Source: Candidatus Poseidoniaceae archaeon
GTDB taxonomy: Archaea; Thermoplasmatota; Poseidoniia; Poseidoniales; Poseidoniaceae
NCBI GenBank assembly: GCA_049606035.1
Contig: JBMYVD010000004.1
Span: forward strand, 2,313-66,312
Direction: 5' to 3'
Length of the DNA: 64,000 nucleotides
The translations under genes were made by a program, and so were the position numbers. The notes beneath the pieces are model-generated. The model was not told where the DNA came from, did no database searches, and was given only the letters and a program-made list of their open reading frames with translations. Shown in pieces: positions 18,728-28,479 of this stretch. How positions within the stretch are numbered: position 1 is the stretch's first letter; every line of letters begins with the position of its first letter.

Positions 18728-20398
18728 ATGGACTGGCAGCCGGACCAACCAACTTTGGACTTGATTCGTCACCTTGCTTTGCAAAACAGTTACCAATATG
18801 CTGGTAAAGGACAGGCTGGTTCTGTAATAAGTAGGATAATGGGCAGTAGAGAAGATTTACGCCAACATGGCAAGTTCATCGCTCCACTGGTTGGCAAAGA
18901 GGTGGCCAAAGCAAACGCGATGGCCCAAAAGGACGGACTTGATGCTGTAAGAAAGATTCTAGAAAATGAAGCACCTGAATTATTGGAAAAGAAAGTCCAA
19001 ACTCGCAGAGAGGGATTACCAGAACTTCCCAACCTAAACAGCAGAAAACCGGTTCTCAGATTTGCACCTAACCCAAACGGGCCACTTTCATTTGGCCACT
19101 CTCGAGGATTAGTCATCAACGGTCAGTACGCAAAGGAATTAGATGGTGAACTAATTCTAAGGTTTGACGACACAGATACTACAGTTAAGCCTCCAATGCT
19201 TGAAGCATACGATTCAATCCCAGAACAGCAGGAATGGTTGTGTGGCTTTCCTGCCCATAGAATTGTAATTGCTAGTGAGAGGATGGACAAGTACCACGAA
19301 TATGCAGCTAAAATGCTTGAAGGAGGATTTGGTTATGTTTGTACTTGCTCCGCTGAATCCTTTAGAGAATTCAGAGTCTCGATGCAAGAATGTCCTTGCA
19401 GAGGAAATTCTGTTGATGAGAATCTAGAACTATGGCGGAAGATGAATGACTCCATGGGATTTCAACCTGGTGAAGCAGTCCTGAGAGTAAAAACTGACAT
19501 GGCACTAAAGAATCCAGCACTCAGAGATTGGCCCGCAGCTAGAATTCAAACCAATCCACATCCAAGAGTTGGAGATAAATGGCGAGTTTGGCCACTTTTA
19601 GATTTTCAATCTGCTATCGAAGATTATCTTCAGGGAGTAACTCACATTATTCGAGGAAAGGATTTGATGGATTCCACGCGAAAGCAGACGTTGCTCTATG
19701 CGCACTTTGGTTGGGAGTATCCAGAAACGATATACTGGGGCCGTGTAAAAGTACACGAATTTGGAGCATTCTCAACATCACAGATGAAGAGGGATATTAC
19801 AGAAGGAATTTTTGATGGTTGGGACGACCCAAGACTACCAACCCTCTCTGCATTGTCTAGAAGAGGAATAAAGGCTGAGTCGCTTCGTGCATTTTGGATC
19901 GAGTTAGGACTGACTCAAAAAGACATATCTGTACCTCTGTCAACTCTTTATTCACACAATACCAAGGCTATCGATCCGCAAGCACCTCGCCTTGCTTTCG
20001 TTAGAAATGCGTATCCGGTTATGCTAAGTGGAGATTTCCCAAAAACTGGAACTATTTCTTCACACTCAGACACAGAAATGCCTCCCAGGCAATATTCGAT
20101 AGACGAAGGCGTTTGGATTGAAGAAGAGGATTCTGGCAAACCAATAAGATTGAAGGATTTGTGTGACATAGATTCAACGGGCAATGTCGAAAGCATCGAC
20201 AGGAGTGACAAACGCAGTGTTGTCCATTGGGTAGCGGGTGGAATACCATCTAAACTAACGATTGCCGACGGCCAAGACATCATAACCGTTGAAGGAATTC
20301 TGGAAGACCACAATTATCCAGTTGGAACTATTCTACAATTAGAAAGAATTGGATATGCAATCCTTGAGGATGATGGCTTGCTTATGGTCCATGACTAA
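18728..20398 (+). CDS. gltX: Glutamyl-tRNA synthetase (archaeal/eukaryal type)
   Basis: Class I signature RFAPNPNGPLSFGHSRG. The 556-aa length and GWDDPRLPTLSALSRRG are typical of archaeal GluRS. Confidence 0.9.
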   Translation: MDWQPDQPTLDLIRHLALQNSYQYAGKGQAGSVISRIMGSREDLRQHGKFIAPLVGKEVAKANAMAQKDGLDAVRKILENEAPELLEKKVQTRREGLPELPNLNSRKPVLRFAPNPNGPLSFGHSRGLVINGQYAKELDGELILRFDDTDTTVKPPMLEAYDSIPEQQEWLCGFPAHRIVIASERMDKYHEYAAKMLEGGFGYVCTCSAESFREFRVSMQECPCRGNSVDENLELWRKMNDSMGFQPGEAVLRVKTDMALKNPALRDWPAARIQTNPHPRVGDKWRVWPLLDFQSAIEDYLQGVTHIIRGKDLMDSTRKQTLLYAHFGWEYPETIYWGRVKVHEFGAFSTSQMKRDITEGIFDGWDDPRLPTLSALSRRGIKAESLRAFWIELGLTQKDISVPLSTLYSHNTKAIDPQAPRLAFVRNAYPVMLSGDFPKTGTISSHSDTEMPPRQYSIDEGVWIEEEDSGKPIRLKDLCDIDSTGNVESIDRSDKRSVVHWVAGGIPSKLTIADGQDIITVEGILEDHNYPVGTILQLERIGYAILEDDGLLMVHD

Positions 20399-20648
20399 CC
20401 AGTACTGGTTCACCATCTTCTGTAACGATGACATACTTTGGTTTCCATATGGATGCTTTGACAGGGTCTGGATCAACCAATACATCCAATTCACAGACTT
20501 GACCGCAATTGCCTTGTTTTTCCAAGTGCTCTTCTACTATTACGCCAATGATATTTTCTTCACCCCAAACCACCAGCAGGTCGTTACCGTTCAAACGACT
20601 TTTCGCTTCCTCAAGTGAATCCTCTGCGCCTATTGATGAAAATTCCAT
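20382..20648 (-). CDS. Small hypothetical protein (possibly a single CBS-like motif)
   Basis: The 88-aa version starts at MEFSSIGAEDSLEEAKSRL...LLVVWGEENIIGVIVEEHL. The longer track ORF would overlap the divergent gene at 20723. Its acidic composition resembles the rest of the proteome. Confidence 0.35.
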   Translation of the reverse strand: MEFSSIGAEDSLEEAKSRLNGNDLLVVWGEENIIGVIVEEHLEKQGNCGQVCELDVLVDPDPVKASIWKPKYVIVTEDGEPVLVSHGP

Positions 20649-20722
20649 GCCGCGTGTTTCACAACTCAGTCTTTCAACTATCCCATAGGTGGGTTCAAGA
20701 TGGTTGACCCCTAGGGCCCTAC

Positions 20723-21073
20723 ATGGCAATCGAGCGTCTGTTAACAGGGAACATCGGTGCACAAGTCAAAGAATTGATGGCGACAGAAGACATTGTCATT
20801 GAAGCCGTTCGAGATTTGGTCAAAGATGAAATCAAGAGTTACATCAGACAGAAAGTAGACGCAGATGAGGAACTGAAGGACGAACTTAAAGAGGCCATCT
20901 CTTACTATTTCAACGCCAAAGCACGCTCTGTTTATGCAGAAATGAAGGCAAGTAGGGCTGCGGCAAGACTGGGATTAAGGATTCTACCTGACGATCTTCA
21001 AGGAGAAGTTGGGGAAGCTCTTGTCGGCCTTTTTGAAAAGGAACTCGGCAACTTGTTGGAAAAAGCACTTTGA
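20723..21073 (+). CDS. Hypothetical helical protein
   Basis: 116-aa ORF with helical, charged sequence and no recognised motif. A strong hairpin containing its stop codon follows. Confidence 0.45.
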   Translation: MAIERLLTGNIGAQVKELMATEDIVIEAVRDLVKDEIKSYIRQKVDADEELKDELKEAISYYFNAKARSVYAEMKASRAAARLGLRILPDDLQGEVGEALVGLFEKELGNLLEKAL

Positions 21074-21089
21074 GCCCCTAAGGGGCTCA
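21071..21089 (+). terminator. Hairpin TGAGCCCC-TAA-GGGGCTCA whose stem includes the stop codon
   Basis: Perfect 8-bp stem with a 3-nt loop, followed by TTTGG. Its core matches the hairpin at 8326-8343. Confidence 0.45.
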
Positions 21090-21146
21090 TTTGGCCACAG
21101 TCTTGAATAGTGTAATGCTTGCAGACTTGGCTGGTAGGTATTGACC

Positions 21147-23165
21147 ATGGTGAAATTCAAGCCAATCCTACTCGGCATATTGCTGCTATGTTCTTGCATT
21201 CCAATCCCAACTACATCAGCGGATAGTGTGGAAGTCTGTTGTGATTCTGGGCAAGTTGAACTTTATTTGATTGGACCCGCAGGTTCAGGAGAAATGTCAC
21301 CCTTCGATGCGGCTTTATCAGATGAGTCTGAAGAGCTAACGATTTCTGATGCAATTGCCCAACAACAGGAGATTGCAAGTTGGAAAATTGACCCTGCATG
21401 GAGTGGGGCTTATCCTTCATCGACATGGGAGTTTGCAATCGACTATTCTGTGGAAAATGCAGGAGGTGTACAAATTAACGCCTCCGTCAGCGTCATTATC
21501 GGTGGAGAAGAATACGTTGGAGGGACAGATCAGTCGAATTCTTTCCTTCCATCTGGTGAGGGGACACTGAATATTGACGTCGGAGTAGATGCAGGTTCGA
21601 TTTCCTCATCGAGTAAAATCGAAGTAATTCTCTCCGCCCAAACCGTTGTATTCAGCGTGCCAAACACAGACGCAGGATTGACTTTCATTTGGGGGGGCAG
21701 TGGAGATGATTCTTCTATAACTGGAGACATTCCGCTTGTTGATTTGATTATCGAAGACCCTGTCACAGAGGGAATGGATGTCTACATCTCAATGATTGTT
21801 GCATCACCATTTGGTCAAATGACCGCTGCACACGCAGAAAGCCTCAGTGTCAGCGTAAATAGCGGAACGCTATCAGGAGACCCAATTGTAACCAGTAGTG
21901 GTGATTATGTTAGGTTAACATGGACTTGGACATCTACTACTTCAGGCACTCAAGACATTTCTATTGCAGGTAGTATTCAAATTCAATCGGGGACTCCAAT
22001 TCTAACAGGTTCTGCCACCTTCAGTATAGAAACCGCCGACACCGGTTCTAATACCGGTGGAGGTTTCTATCCTACCGAAGAACCACTACGTTCTGATGGG
22101 GGAGGTTCCAAGTTAGTTGCCAGCATAAGCATGGAACTTGAAAGAACTGATGAATATTTGACACTCGAACGTAAAATAGACCTCACGATTGACGGTGAGA
22201 TGTCTTACTGGATGAGGTGGGGAATGGACAACATAGGTTCTGATGACTCATCACTTTCACAGCCGTTGCGAATCTTCAAAGCTGGAACTATCAGTGACGA
22301 AGACAGAAGAAATCGAATGATCGATGATGTTGAAAGAGCAGAATTTGAGAGTCAAATGGTTAATTTGGGTGTCACATACATGAATGACGGCATGGCACTT
22401 GAACTTGAGGAACTAATTGGAAATGATGTTCAAGACCTAGAGAGAATTTCATTCTCAGTGGATTTGCAGGGAAAGAAAAACGTCGTTCCACATCCGCTGA
22501 CGTTGTCAATAACCACCCTTGAGATAGTAGAAGGGAACAAAGAATCTGTGCTATTGAGAAATTTCATTATCGTTCAACCAACACCTATCTGGTCAAGTAT
22601 GGATATGAGTATAAGCATAGACACCGGGATGATGGCAAGCCTAACTGGAGCTAAAATAAAGGGTGAAGATTCTATTGAAATTTCTCAGAGGAGAACGCCT
22701 CTAGGGGAAACCATTGAGATCAGTGTTGAGAATCTAAAACCTAGTGCAACTTTCTCATTCAGTGCTTACCCAACAAGCAACTTGTTGAATGCTCCTCTGA
22801 GCCTATCGCTGATTACTTTGGCATTAGTTGGAGGAGGAATGTGGTTTGCATTTAATCTAACCAAGAACAAGAGACGTGGAGCACTTTGGATTGAAATGAT
22901 TTTGATTCCGGTTGTACTTCTTGCACTATTCTTAGGGTACAATCCATTTACTGTCGGGGCTGTTGCAGGAATTTCAGTAGCGCTATGGACAATCACTGCA
23001 ATTGCCAGCCCTAGAAAGAAGGGAATTAAACCTAAATCGAATCCTATCGCATTCCCTGTCATTGAGTGCCCAGCATGCGGAACACCGAATTCAATAACAA
23101 CTGATGAAAGACCATTCAGACTTCCTTGTGAAGGATGTGGCAGAGTTCTGAAGATTGTAGAATAA
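21147..23165 (+). CDS. Hypothetical surface/membrane protein with C-terminal TM helices and a cytoplasmic zinc ribbon
   Basis: Signal peptide MVKFKPILLGILLLCSCIPIPTTSA, then a large Ser/Thr-rich ectodomain. About three TM helices lie near aa 560-630. The protein ends in CPACGTPNSITTDERPFRLPCEGCGRVL. Confidence 0.7.
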   Translation: MVKFKPILLGILLLCSCIPIPTTSADSVEVCCDSGQVELYLIGPAGSGEMSPFDAALSDESEELTISDAIAQQQEIASWKIDPAWSGAYPSSTWEFAIDYSVENAGGVQINASVSVIIGGEEYVGGTDQSNSFLPSGEGTLNIDVGVDAGSISSSSKIEVILSAQTVVFSVPNTDAGLTFIWGGSGDDSSITGDIPLVDLIIEDPVTEGMDVYISMIVASPFGQMTAAHAESLSVSVNSGTLSGDPIVTSSGDYVRLTWTWTSTTSGTQDISIAGSIQIQSGTPILTGSATFSIETADTGSNTGGGFYPTEEPLRSDGGGSKLVASISMELERTDEYLTLERKIDLTIDGEMSYWMRWGMDNIGSDDSSLSQPLRIFKAGTISDEDRRNRMIDDVERAEFESQMVNLGVTYMNDGMALELEELIGNDVQDLERISFSVDLQGKKNVVPHPLTLSITTLEIVEGNKESVLLRNFIIVQPTPIWSSMDMSISIDTGMMASLTGAKIKGEDSIEISQRRTPLGETIEISVENLKPSATFSFSAYPTSNLLNAPLSLSLITLALVGGGMWFAFNLTKNKRRGALWIEMILIPVVLLALFLGYNPFTVGAVAGISVALWTITAIASPRKKGIKPKSNPIAFPVIECPACGTPNSITTDERPFRLPCEGCGRVLKIVE

Positions 23166-24098
23166 TCAGAAATGACCTTTCGTGATTAGCCCATCAAGGA
23201 TGGTGCTTGCATACACTTTTGCTTCGGTTTCATCCTGTGGCCACTGGCTTTGCGCCTGATGTAATTGACTCGCAATGTCAATATCGTTACCGGGAATCAT
23301 AGCTCTATGCCAAATCAGTTCCTCCAGACGCATGGTTGAAATCCCTTCAACCCTTAATGATGGAAGCACCAATTCGCTAATTGCCGAACTTCTTTGTTCA
23401 ATATCCATCTTTGGCCAACTTCTTTGCAGACGGTTCAGCATCATCTTTGAGAGACCTGGAATCATACTAACCTCAGGGCTAGGAACCTCTGGGATAGGTC
23501 TTATCTCGATTGAACCTTCGTTATCGAGATGGTCTCTAAGTATTGACAACACTGGGTCGTAGTTAGCATCTGCACCACCGCGCAACCAACTACCTGCAAT
23601 GGCCAGTGGTCGCTGTTTGCGGACCCTTGCTCCATCAGGAGAAAGAATGCTTGCTAAGGCAGCACACAATGCAGTGCAATCTACAGCACCATTGTGTTTT
23701 TTTGAAGAGTTTGGAAAGTTTAGACTTACAGAAATTGGGAAAATCTGAATGTAATTTTCTTCAATATGTGTAGCACTCTGTGTCTCTTGGAAAGGACTGA
23801 TGTGTACAACTAAGCCTTCTACCTCTGGTATAGTTTCCTTATTGTCTCGACTAACATGTTTTCTCGGAGGTAGGATTCTTCGAAGGTAGTTCTTTGAATT
23901 ATCAAGTAAGGCCGATTCTAACTGGGACAGCGCAAGAACTCCTTCAACATCGGCAGGGGCCATTAGATGAACGACACTCGCTGATTGTATGCGTTTGGCA
24001 ATATCGAGTAATTGGTTTTCTAGAGTGACAAAAACCGCACATTGTAGTAGGTTTTTCATCAACTCACCGAACTGATTGAAACAGCCGATGGTTATCAA
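23166..24098 (-). CDS. Hypothetical protein, possibly a degenerate DHH/RecJ-like domain
   Basis: SVVHLMAPADVEGVLALSQLESAL resembles DHH motifs I-II (H..pDaDG..S...L) but lacks the acidic residues, and no DHH triplet is present. The gene is immediately adjacent to rps15. Confidence 0.35.
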   Translation of the reverse strand: MITIGCFNQFGELMKNLLQCAVFVTLENQLLDIAKRIQSASVVHLMAPADVEGVLALSQLESALLDNSKNYLRRILPPRKHVSRDNKETIPEVEGLVVHISPFQETQSATHIEENYIQIFPISVSLNFPNSSKKHNGAVDCTALCAALASILSPDGARVRKQRPLAIAGSWLRGGADANYDPVLSILRDHLDNEGSIEIRPIPEVPSPEVSMIPGLSKMMLNRLQRSWPKMDIEQRSSAISELVLPSLRVEGISTMRLEELIWHRAMIPGNDIDIASQLHQAQSQWPQDETEAKVYASTILDGLITKGHF

Positions 24099-24110
24099 GG
24101 TGAGTATACA

Positions 24111-24569
24111 TCACTCTACCATCAGACGAAGTTCATCTCTCTTGTATTTCCAGTCTGCTGAGAGGCGACCTTCGTTGATGTAGTACTTTGCTAGGCGTCG
24201 AATCTTTGCCTCTGTAAGTTCTAGTGATCTCTTGTTATGAATGTCCTTGTGGTTACCGGAACCAAGGTGGTCAATGATCCCTACAGCCTTACGCATTAGG
24301 TTCATCATATCTTCAGGATAGGAACCGCCGATTCCGTTCTCTGCCATTACTGCGGAGATTCTCTTGCCGAGGACCTTTCTTGCGTCTGGTACTGCGTGTT
24401 GGTCTCTAAGAATAGTACCGATTGATGCGGAGGAATGACCAGCCTTGCCTAGTTCTACAACTAGTTCTGTGACTGCCTTAGCATCTGTGTTTGACCACTC
24501 TGGTAGAGTTTCATTGTGTGGCTTTGTGGAACCGGACTTACCTTTCCTCTTAGCGTACATACGTGCCAT
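24111..24569 (-). CDS. rps15: Ribosomal protein uS15 (archaeal S15P / eukaryal S13e type)
   Basis: MARMYAKRKGKSGSTKPH N-terminus, about 152 aa. ATG at 24569. Confidence 0.9.
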   Translation of the reverse strand: MARMYAKRKGKSGSTKPHNETLPEWSNTDAKAVTELVVELGKAGHSSASIGTILRDQHAVPDARKVLGKRISAVMAENGIGGSYPEDMMNLMRKAVGIIDHLGSGNHKDIHNKRSLELTEAKIRRLAKYYINEGRLSADWKYKRDELRLMVE

Positions 24570-24640
24570 ATTCAAGCCTCCGAGCATTCCGCCGACCTAT
24601 CTCCCATTCTTAACCGCTACGCATGGACAAAATGCAAATT

Positions 24641-26377
24641 TCAGAGCCTTTGGTGCATTTTTGCTAGCCTTCCAGGTGTGGATGACCATTCCCATGCGGG
24701 AGCTGAAGCTCTTGCCAAACCAACGCACTGCGAGCCTTGCATCACCAACAAATCCTCACCCGTTCTGATTGATTTGTCATATGATTCTAGGTTGACCAAA
24801 TTCACATCACCTTTCCATTTGATTTCCGGTTTCAAATGAATTCGTTTCAGCGAGTCTGTTGAATCGATTAGCGACACACAGGCTTTGGCGATAGAGAAAC
24901 TGCCCCTTTCCGGTGCCCACATTGCAATTTGTTCTCCATCTTTGAGAATTTTCCACCGGGGGAATCTTCCTCTAACTTGGATGCCATCTAGCCAAGCGTC
25001 GTTTAGGTGGTGGAATCTTGCGACAGAGCGGAAATTTGCAATATTGATCTGTTCTCCACTTCGCTTTTTCACCTCAATTTGTTCAGAAACAGCAACGCTT
25101 AGATTTTCTAAGGCTGCATGACTGGTTGCTGAATTTCCTTTCCTAGTGTCGATTACAGGTAGCGATGATTCATAATTAAACCCAGAATGGTTGATTATCA
25201 CTCTGTAATTGTTCCTTTCAATAAGTGAATCTAGCATGTCTGTAACTCTTTTCATTTCGTCAAGTGTCCAATCTCCAGTAACAGGGATGTCATAATGACC
25301 AGCGGGCCATACTTCCTCCAAATCTCTTGGAACAAGACCAAGAGGAGACGTCACCATAACTTCGTGAGCAGATGAATGGTTTATCGCTCGTCTGAATGCC
25401 TTGTGACTTCTTGATGAGGAGTATGGTTTTCTCGCAGAGCATGGAAGTAAAATTAGGACATCGTCCAATCCGTCAGGTTTCTCGTAACGATTGGAGATGA
25501 AATCAACCCAATCCAAAATCACAGGCTCGTTATGTGATTCAACACTGTGAATTCTGAGTGCAGTGCCTTTGCTAACTACTTGTGAGAGAATTCCTTCTGA
25601 TTCTGCGATAATTTTGTCGTGATTCCTCAAGTGTTCAACTAACCTTGGGCTATTCAAGGATTGAGATTGGGCAAGTTCCCTAAGTCGATTATCGGTAATT
25701 GCAGAGCGTACATCTGCAATCGCACTTTCCCAGTGGGAATTTGCGGATTCATTTTCATGTGCTAATCTTGGACCATTCCATGTAATAACAGCACCATGTG
25801 ATTCCGCTTGCTTTACCCTAGTAGTATCAAACAAATCTACTCCAAACCAAGCAAGGACTGCGCAGTTATCAGGACCACCGATACCCGGAGTCCACAATAG
25901 TGAACCTGGAAATCGGGTTTTGATTACATGTATTGCTTTGACAAGTTGTCCCGGTCTGTTCGCAAGTTGTAATGCGTCGCTAAGAATTACCACGTGTGGG
26001 TTGAGTTGTGGATCGAGCAACTCTTCATCATGATTCAGAGACTGCCAAGATATCGAAATAATTTCACCCTTGGATGCTACCTCACCTGCATCAGCCTCAT
26101 CCAAAGATGGTGGTAACACATGACCGATTGACGCTGAAAGGGTTGGACCGTTATCCTCGGACTCCCAAGGAGCAAACGGGGCCCTTGATTCAAGTTGTAT
26201 TTTTCTTGGAATTCCGCCATCGCTAGAAACACTAAATGGTGCATAATCGACAATAAAATCATCGTCAGAAACTACAAGACCTGGAGTTTTGGATTGAGGG
26301 CTGGACCTATCGCCCAAAGCCCACAATCTTGCCATTCTTTGGCGGGCTATGACTGTCCTACCCAAACCCGCCATCAT
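24641..26377 (-). CDS. arcS: Archaeosine synthase ArcS (TGT-like domain, DUF5591-type domain, PUA)
   Basis: Exact ArcS signature PC-X3-KPY-X2-S-X2-H, read as PCSARKPYSSSRSH at nt 25403-25444. TGT-like stretch LLWTPGIGGPDNCAVLAWFGVDLFD. C-terminal PUA-like region. The 578-aa length is typical. Confidence 0.85.
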   Translation of the reverse strand: MMAGLGRTVIARQRMARLWALGDRSSPQSKTPGLVVSDDDFIVDYAPFSVSSDGGIPRKIQLESRAPFAPWESEDNGPTLSASIGHVLPPSLDEADAGEVASKGEIISISWQSLNHDEELLDPQLNPHVVILSDALQLANRPGQLVKAIHVIKTRFPGSLLWTPGIGGPDNCAVLAWFGVDLFDTTRVKQAESHGAVITWNGPRLAHENESANSHWESAIADVRSAITDNRLRELAQSQSLNSPRLVEHLRNHDKIIAESEGILSQVVSKGTALRIHSVESHNEPVILDWVDFISNRYEKPDGLDDVLILLPCSARKPYSSSRSHKAFRRAINHSSAHEVMVTSPLGLVPRDLEEVWPAGHYDIPVTGDWTLDEMKRVTDMLDSLIERNNYRVIINHSGFNYESSLPVIDTRKGNSATSHAALENLSVAVSEQIEVKKRSGEQINIANFRSVARFHHLNDAWLDGIQVRGRFPRWKILKDGEQIAMWAPERGSFSIAKACVSLIDSTDSLKRIHLKPEIKWKGDVNLVNLESYDKSIRTGEDLLVMQGSQCVGLARASAPAWEWSSTPGRLAKMHQRL

Positions 26378-26439
26378 GACTTTCCACTAGTATGCTATTC
26401 TTGAATGATTTGAAGGATGATGAGGTTACCGCCCCAATC

Positions 26440-28479
26440 ATGGGAAGAGTCACGTTTTGGCTGGTCAGCATGATTCTAGTCATCCCGGTAGTGGCTAGTG
26501 GCCAATCCTATGTGTACAATACCAGCGATGGTGATGTTTGGTTCGATTGTGAAAACTCTTGGGCTAATGTCACAACAGAAGACGGCAATTTAGTCGGGAA
26601 CGGCAGTGAATTTACAGCGACAATCGAAGATGGTAACCACACTGTTTCATTTGAAGACTACAACAAATGCCAATTCGTAATTCCTGTGAATGGGGACTTG
26701 CCGAACGTTAGGCCTGCCCCTACGGATTCTTTCGAGGTACTCAATACACAGGTCTGCAGCCAATTAGAATACCAAAGTGATTCATGCGACAAGTACCTCG
26801 TATCAGGTAATGTAAGCTATGGCGACGATGATATCTTTGCAGTTGATGTGTCTAAGGGTCAATTAGTATCTGTGATGCTTAATGCAGCATCCTCTGCAAT
26901 CGATGTTGAAGTTCATTTCCAAAACGAAATTGGTGAAACTAGATTGAATAGTGACATATCGATTGCGCTAAACACATCCATTGAAGAAACCCATCAAATG
27001 TTAATTCCAGTTACAGAGGATGGAAGAATCCTTTTCACCGTATCTAGCCCACATCAGGGTACGCTATGGATGACAAGTCTAGAGATTTTCACTACAGGAG
27101 GACATGAACTCTTGACCGGTCTAGGGGACATATCAGGAGTAGGAAATGTATCTTACCAATTTGGATTGGGTGAAGATGAATCGATTCTAGTTACTTCATC
27201 TGAAGACATTACCAACGATGTAAATTTAGGAATCAAATACCGCTATGCATTCACAGAGACAATATTTTCTGAGTGGAATAACATATCTTCAACCGGTGTA
27301 ATTGCTGGAGTGGACAGTATCATCGGAATCGAACTATGGTGGGATTGTAACTGTGAATGGCAATCCACTCTTACCCATAGGACACACTTTGATGCAGGCT
27401 CGCAAGGAGATGCACCAGGATTTAAGCCACTTTCAGCAACAAGTGACAACTCATCCTATCCATTGATTCCAATGGATGGCACTCCATTTGATGGAGAAAT
27501 AACACTCTTTATGGATGATTATCAAGACGTGCTAAGGGTAGAAACAACCGGTTGGAATGAGTCAGTACATCTAGTCGATGTAACTGTTGAAGGGGATGTT
27601 TACGAACTGCAAGTTTTGATATTGAACATGGACCAAAACACATGGGATGTTTTGGACCAAGTATCTGCAACATATTCAATGGACAAGATTAGGATCACCC
27701 TCGATGTCGGATTGGGCACTCATTTCGTGAAAATTCAACACCAAAACGGTAGTTCTGCACTAGATGAAAATGCAGATTCATTGGATTGGAAAATACGCAT
27801 TAACACCGCAGTTCTCGAAGAAGGAGAAGAGCCATGGTTCCCAGCATCAAATGCTGTGAAAGAAGCTGCAGACGTGTTCTACTGGTTGATTGGTTTACTT
27901 CTGATTTTACCATTCATAATTTTCTACATAAATGTAAACAATAACAAAAAGTTCGCTGAAGAATTTGCAAGAAAGAAAAATAGATTGCAATGGTTAAGCG
28001 AAAAATTGGATGAAGGAGAATTCTCTCCTACAGACCTATCTAGAGCACTGAAGTCTGTATCCACCCTAGAATGGGAAGAGGCATTAGAAGTCTGGGGAGA
28101 GCCTGAGACTAGACATTACACCAATGGCATAGACATGGCAGTTTGGACGCTAGATGAAAGGATCTCAGATTCGGGTTCATGGCCAATTCTAATTGGACTT
28201 ACACCTCAAGATTACGAATGGAGTGTTGCTGCTCTAAAATTCGAGGCTAATGAGGGAACAGACTGGACTGTTAGCAGTGTTGAGCCAAAATTACTTTCAA
28301 GAGCGAATGAGGTTTTCTTGGACACCATTTACACCAATGCTCGTGTATTCATCCGCGTCGATTTATCTGGCAATGCAAAGTCCCTAGACGTCTATCTCTC
28401 CGGAATGGTCAACGGTGAACCAATCGCTGCTAAGCCAGCAAATACGATATATCGTAACTCTTCAGAATCGGAAGAATGA
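26440..28479 (+). CDS. Hypothetical bitopic membrane protein with pre-peptidase-C-terminal-like ectodomains and a 190-aa cytoplasmic domain
   Basis: N-terminal anchor or signal MGRVTFWLVSMILVIPVVASG. PPC-like segments GDDDIFAVDVSKGQLVSVMLNA..DVEVHF. TM segment FYWLIGLLLILPFIIFYI. The start could also be the ATG at 26392, which is only 14 nt from the arcS start. Confidence 0.65.
   Translation: MGRVTFWLVSMILVIPVVASGQSYVYNTSDGDVWFDCENSWANVTTEDGNLVGNGSEFTATIEDGNHTVSFEDYNKCQFVIPVNGDLPNVRPAPTDSFEVLNTQVCSQLEYQSDSCDKYLVSGNVSYGDDDIFAVDVSKGQLVSVMLNAASSAIDVEVHFQNEIGETRLNSDISIALNTSIEETHQMLIPVTEDGRILFTVSSPHQGTLWMTSLEIFTTGGHELLTGLGDISGVGNVSYQFGLGEDESILVTSSEDITNDVNLGIKYRYAFTETIFSEWNNISSTGVIAGVDSIIGIELWWDCNCEWQSTLTHRTHFDAGSQGDAPGFKPLSATSDNSSYPLIPMDGTPFDGEITLFMDDYQDVLRVETTGWNESVHLVDVTVEGDVYELQVLILNMDQNTWDVLDQVSATYSMDKIRITLDVGLGTHFVKIQHQNGSSALDENADSLDWKIRINTAVLEEGEEPWFPASNAVKEAADVFYWLIGLLLILPFIIFYINVNNNKKFAEEFARKKNRLQWLSEKLDEGEFSPTDLSRALKSVSTLEWEEALEVWGEPETRHYTNGIDMAVWTLDERISDSGSWPILIGLTPQDYEWSVAALKFEANEGTDWTVSSVEPKLLSRANEVFLDTIYTNARVFIRVDLSGNAKSLDVYLSGMVNGEPIAAKPANTIYRNSSESEE

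Noticed and set aside
20349-20618. 89-aa plus-strand ORF overlapping the 3' end of gltX
   Set aside because: It starts inside gltX. The translation is F/W/C/Y-rich, unlike the acidic proteome here. The minus-strand small ORF explains the region better, though it is itself low-confidence.
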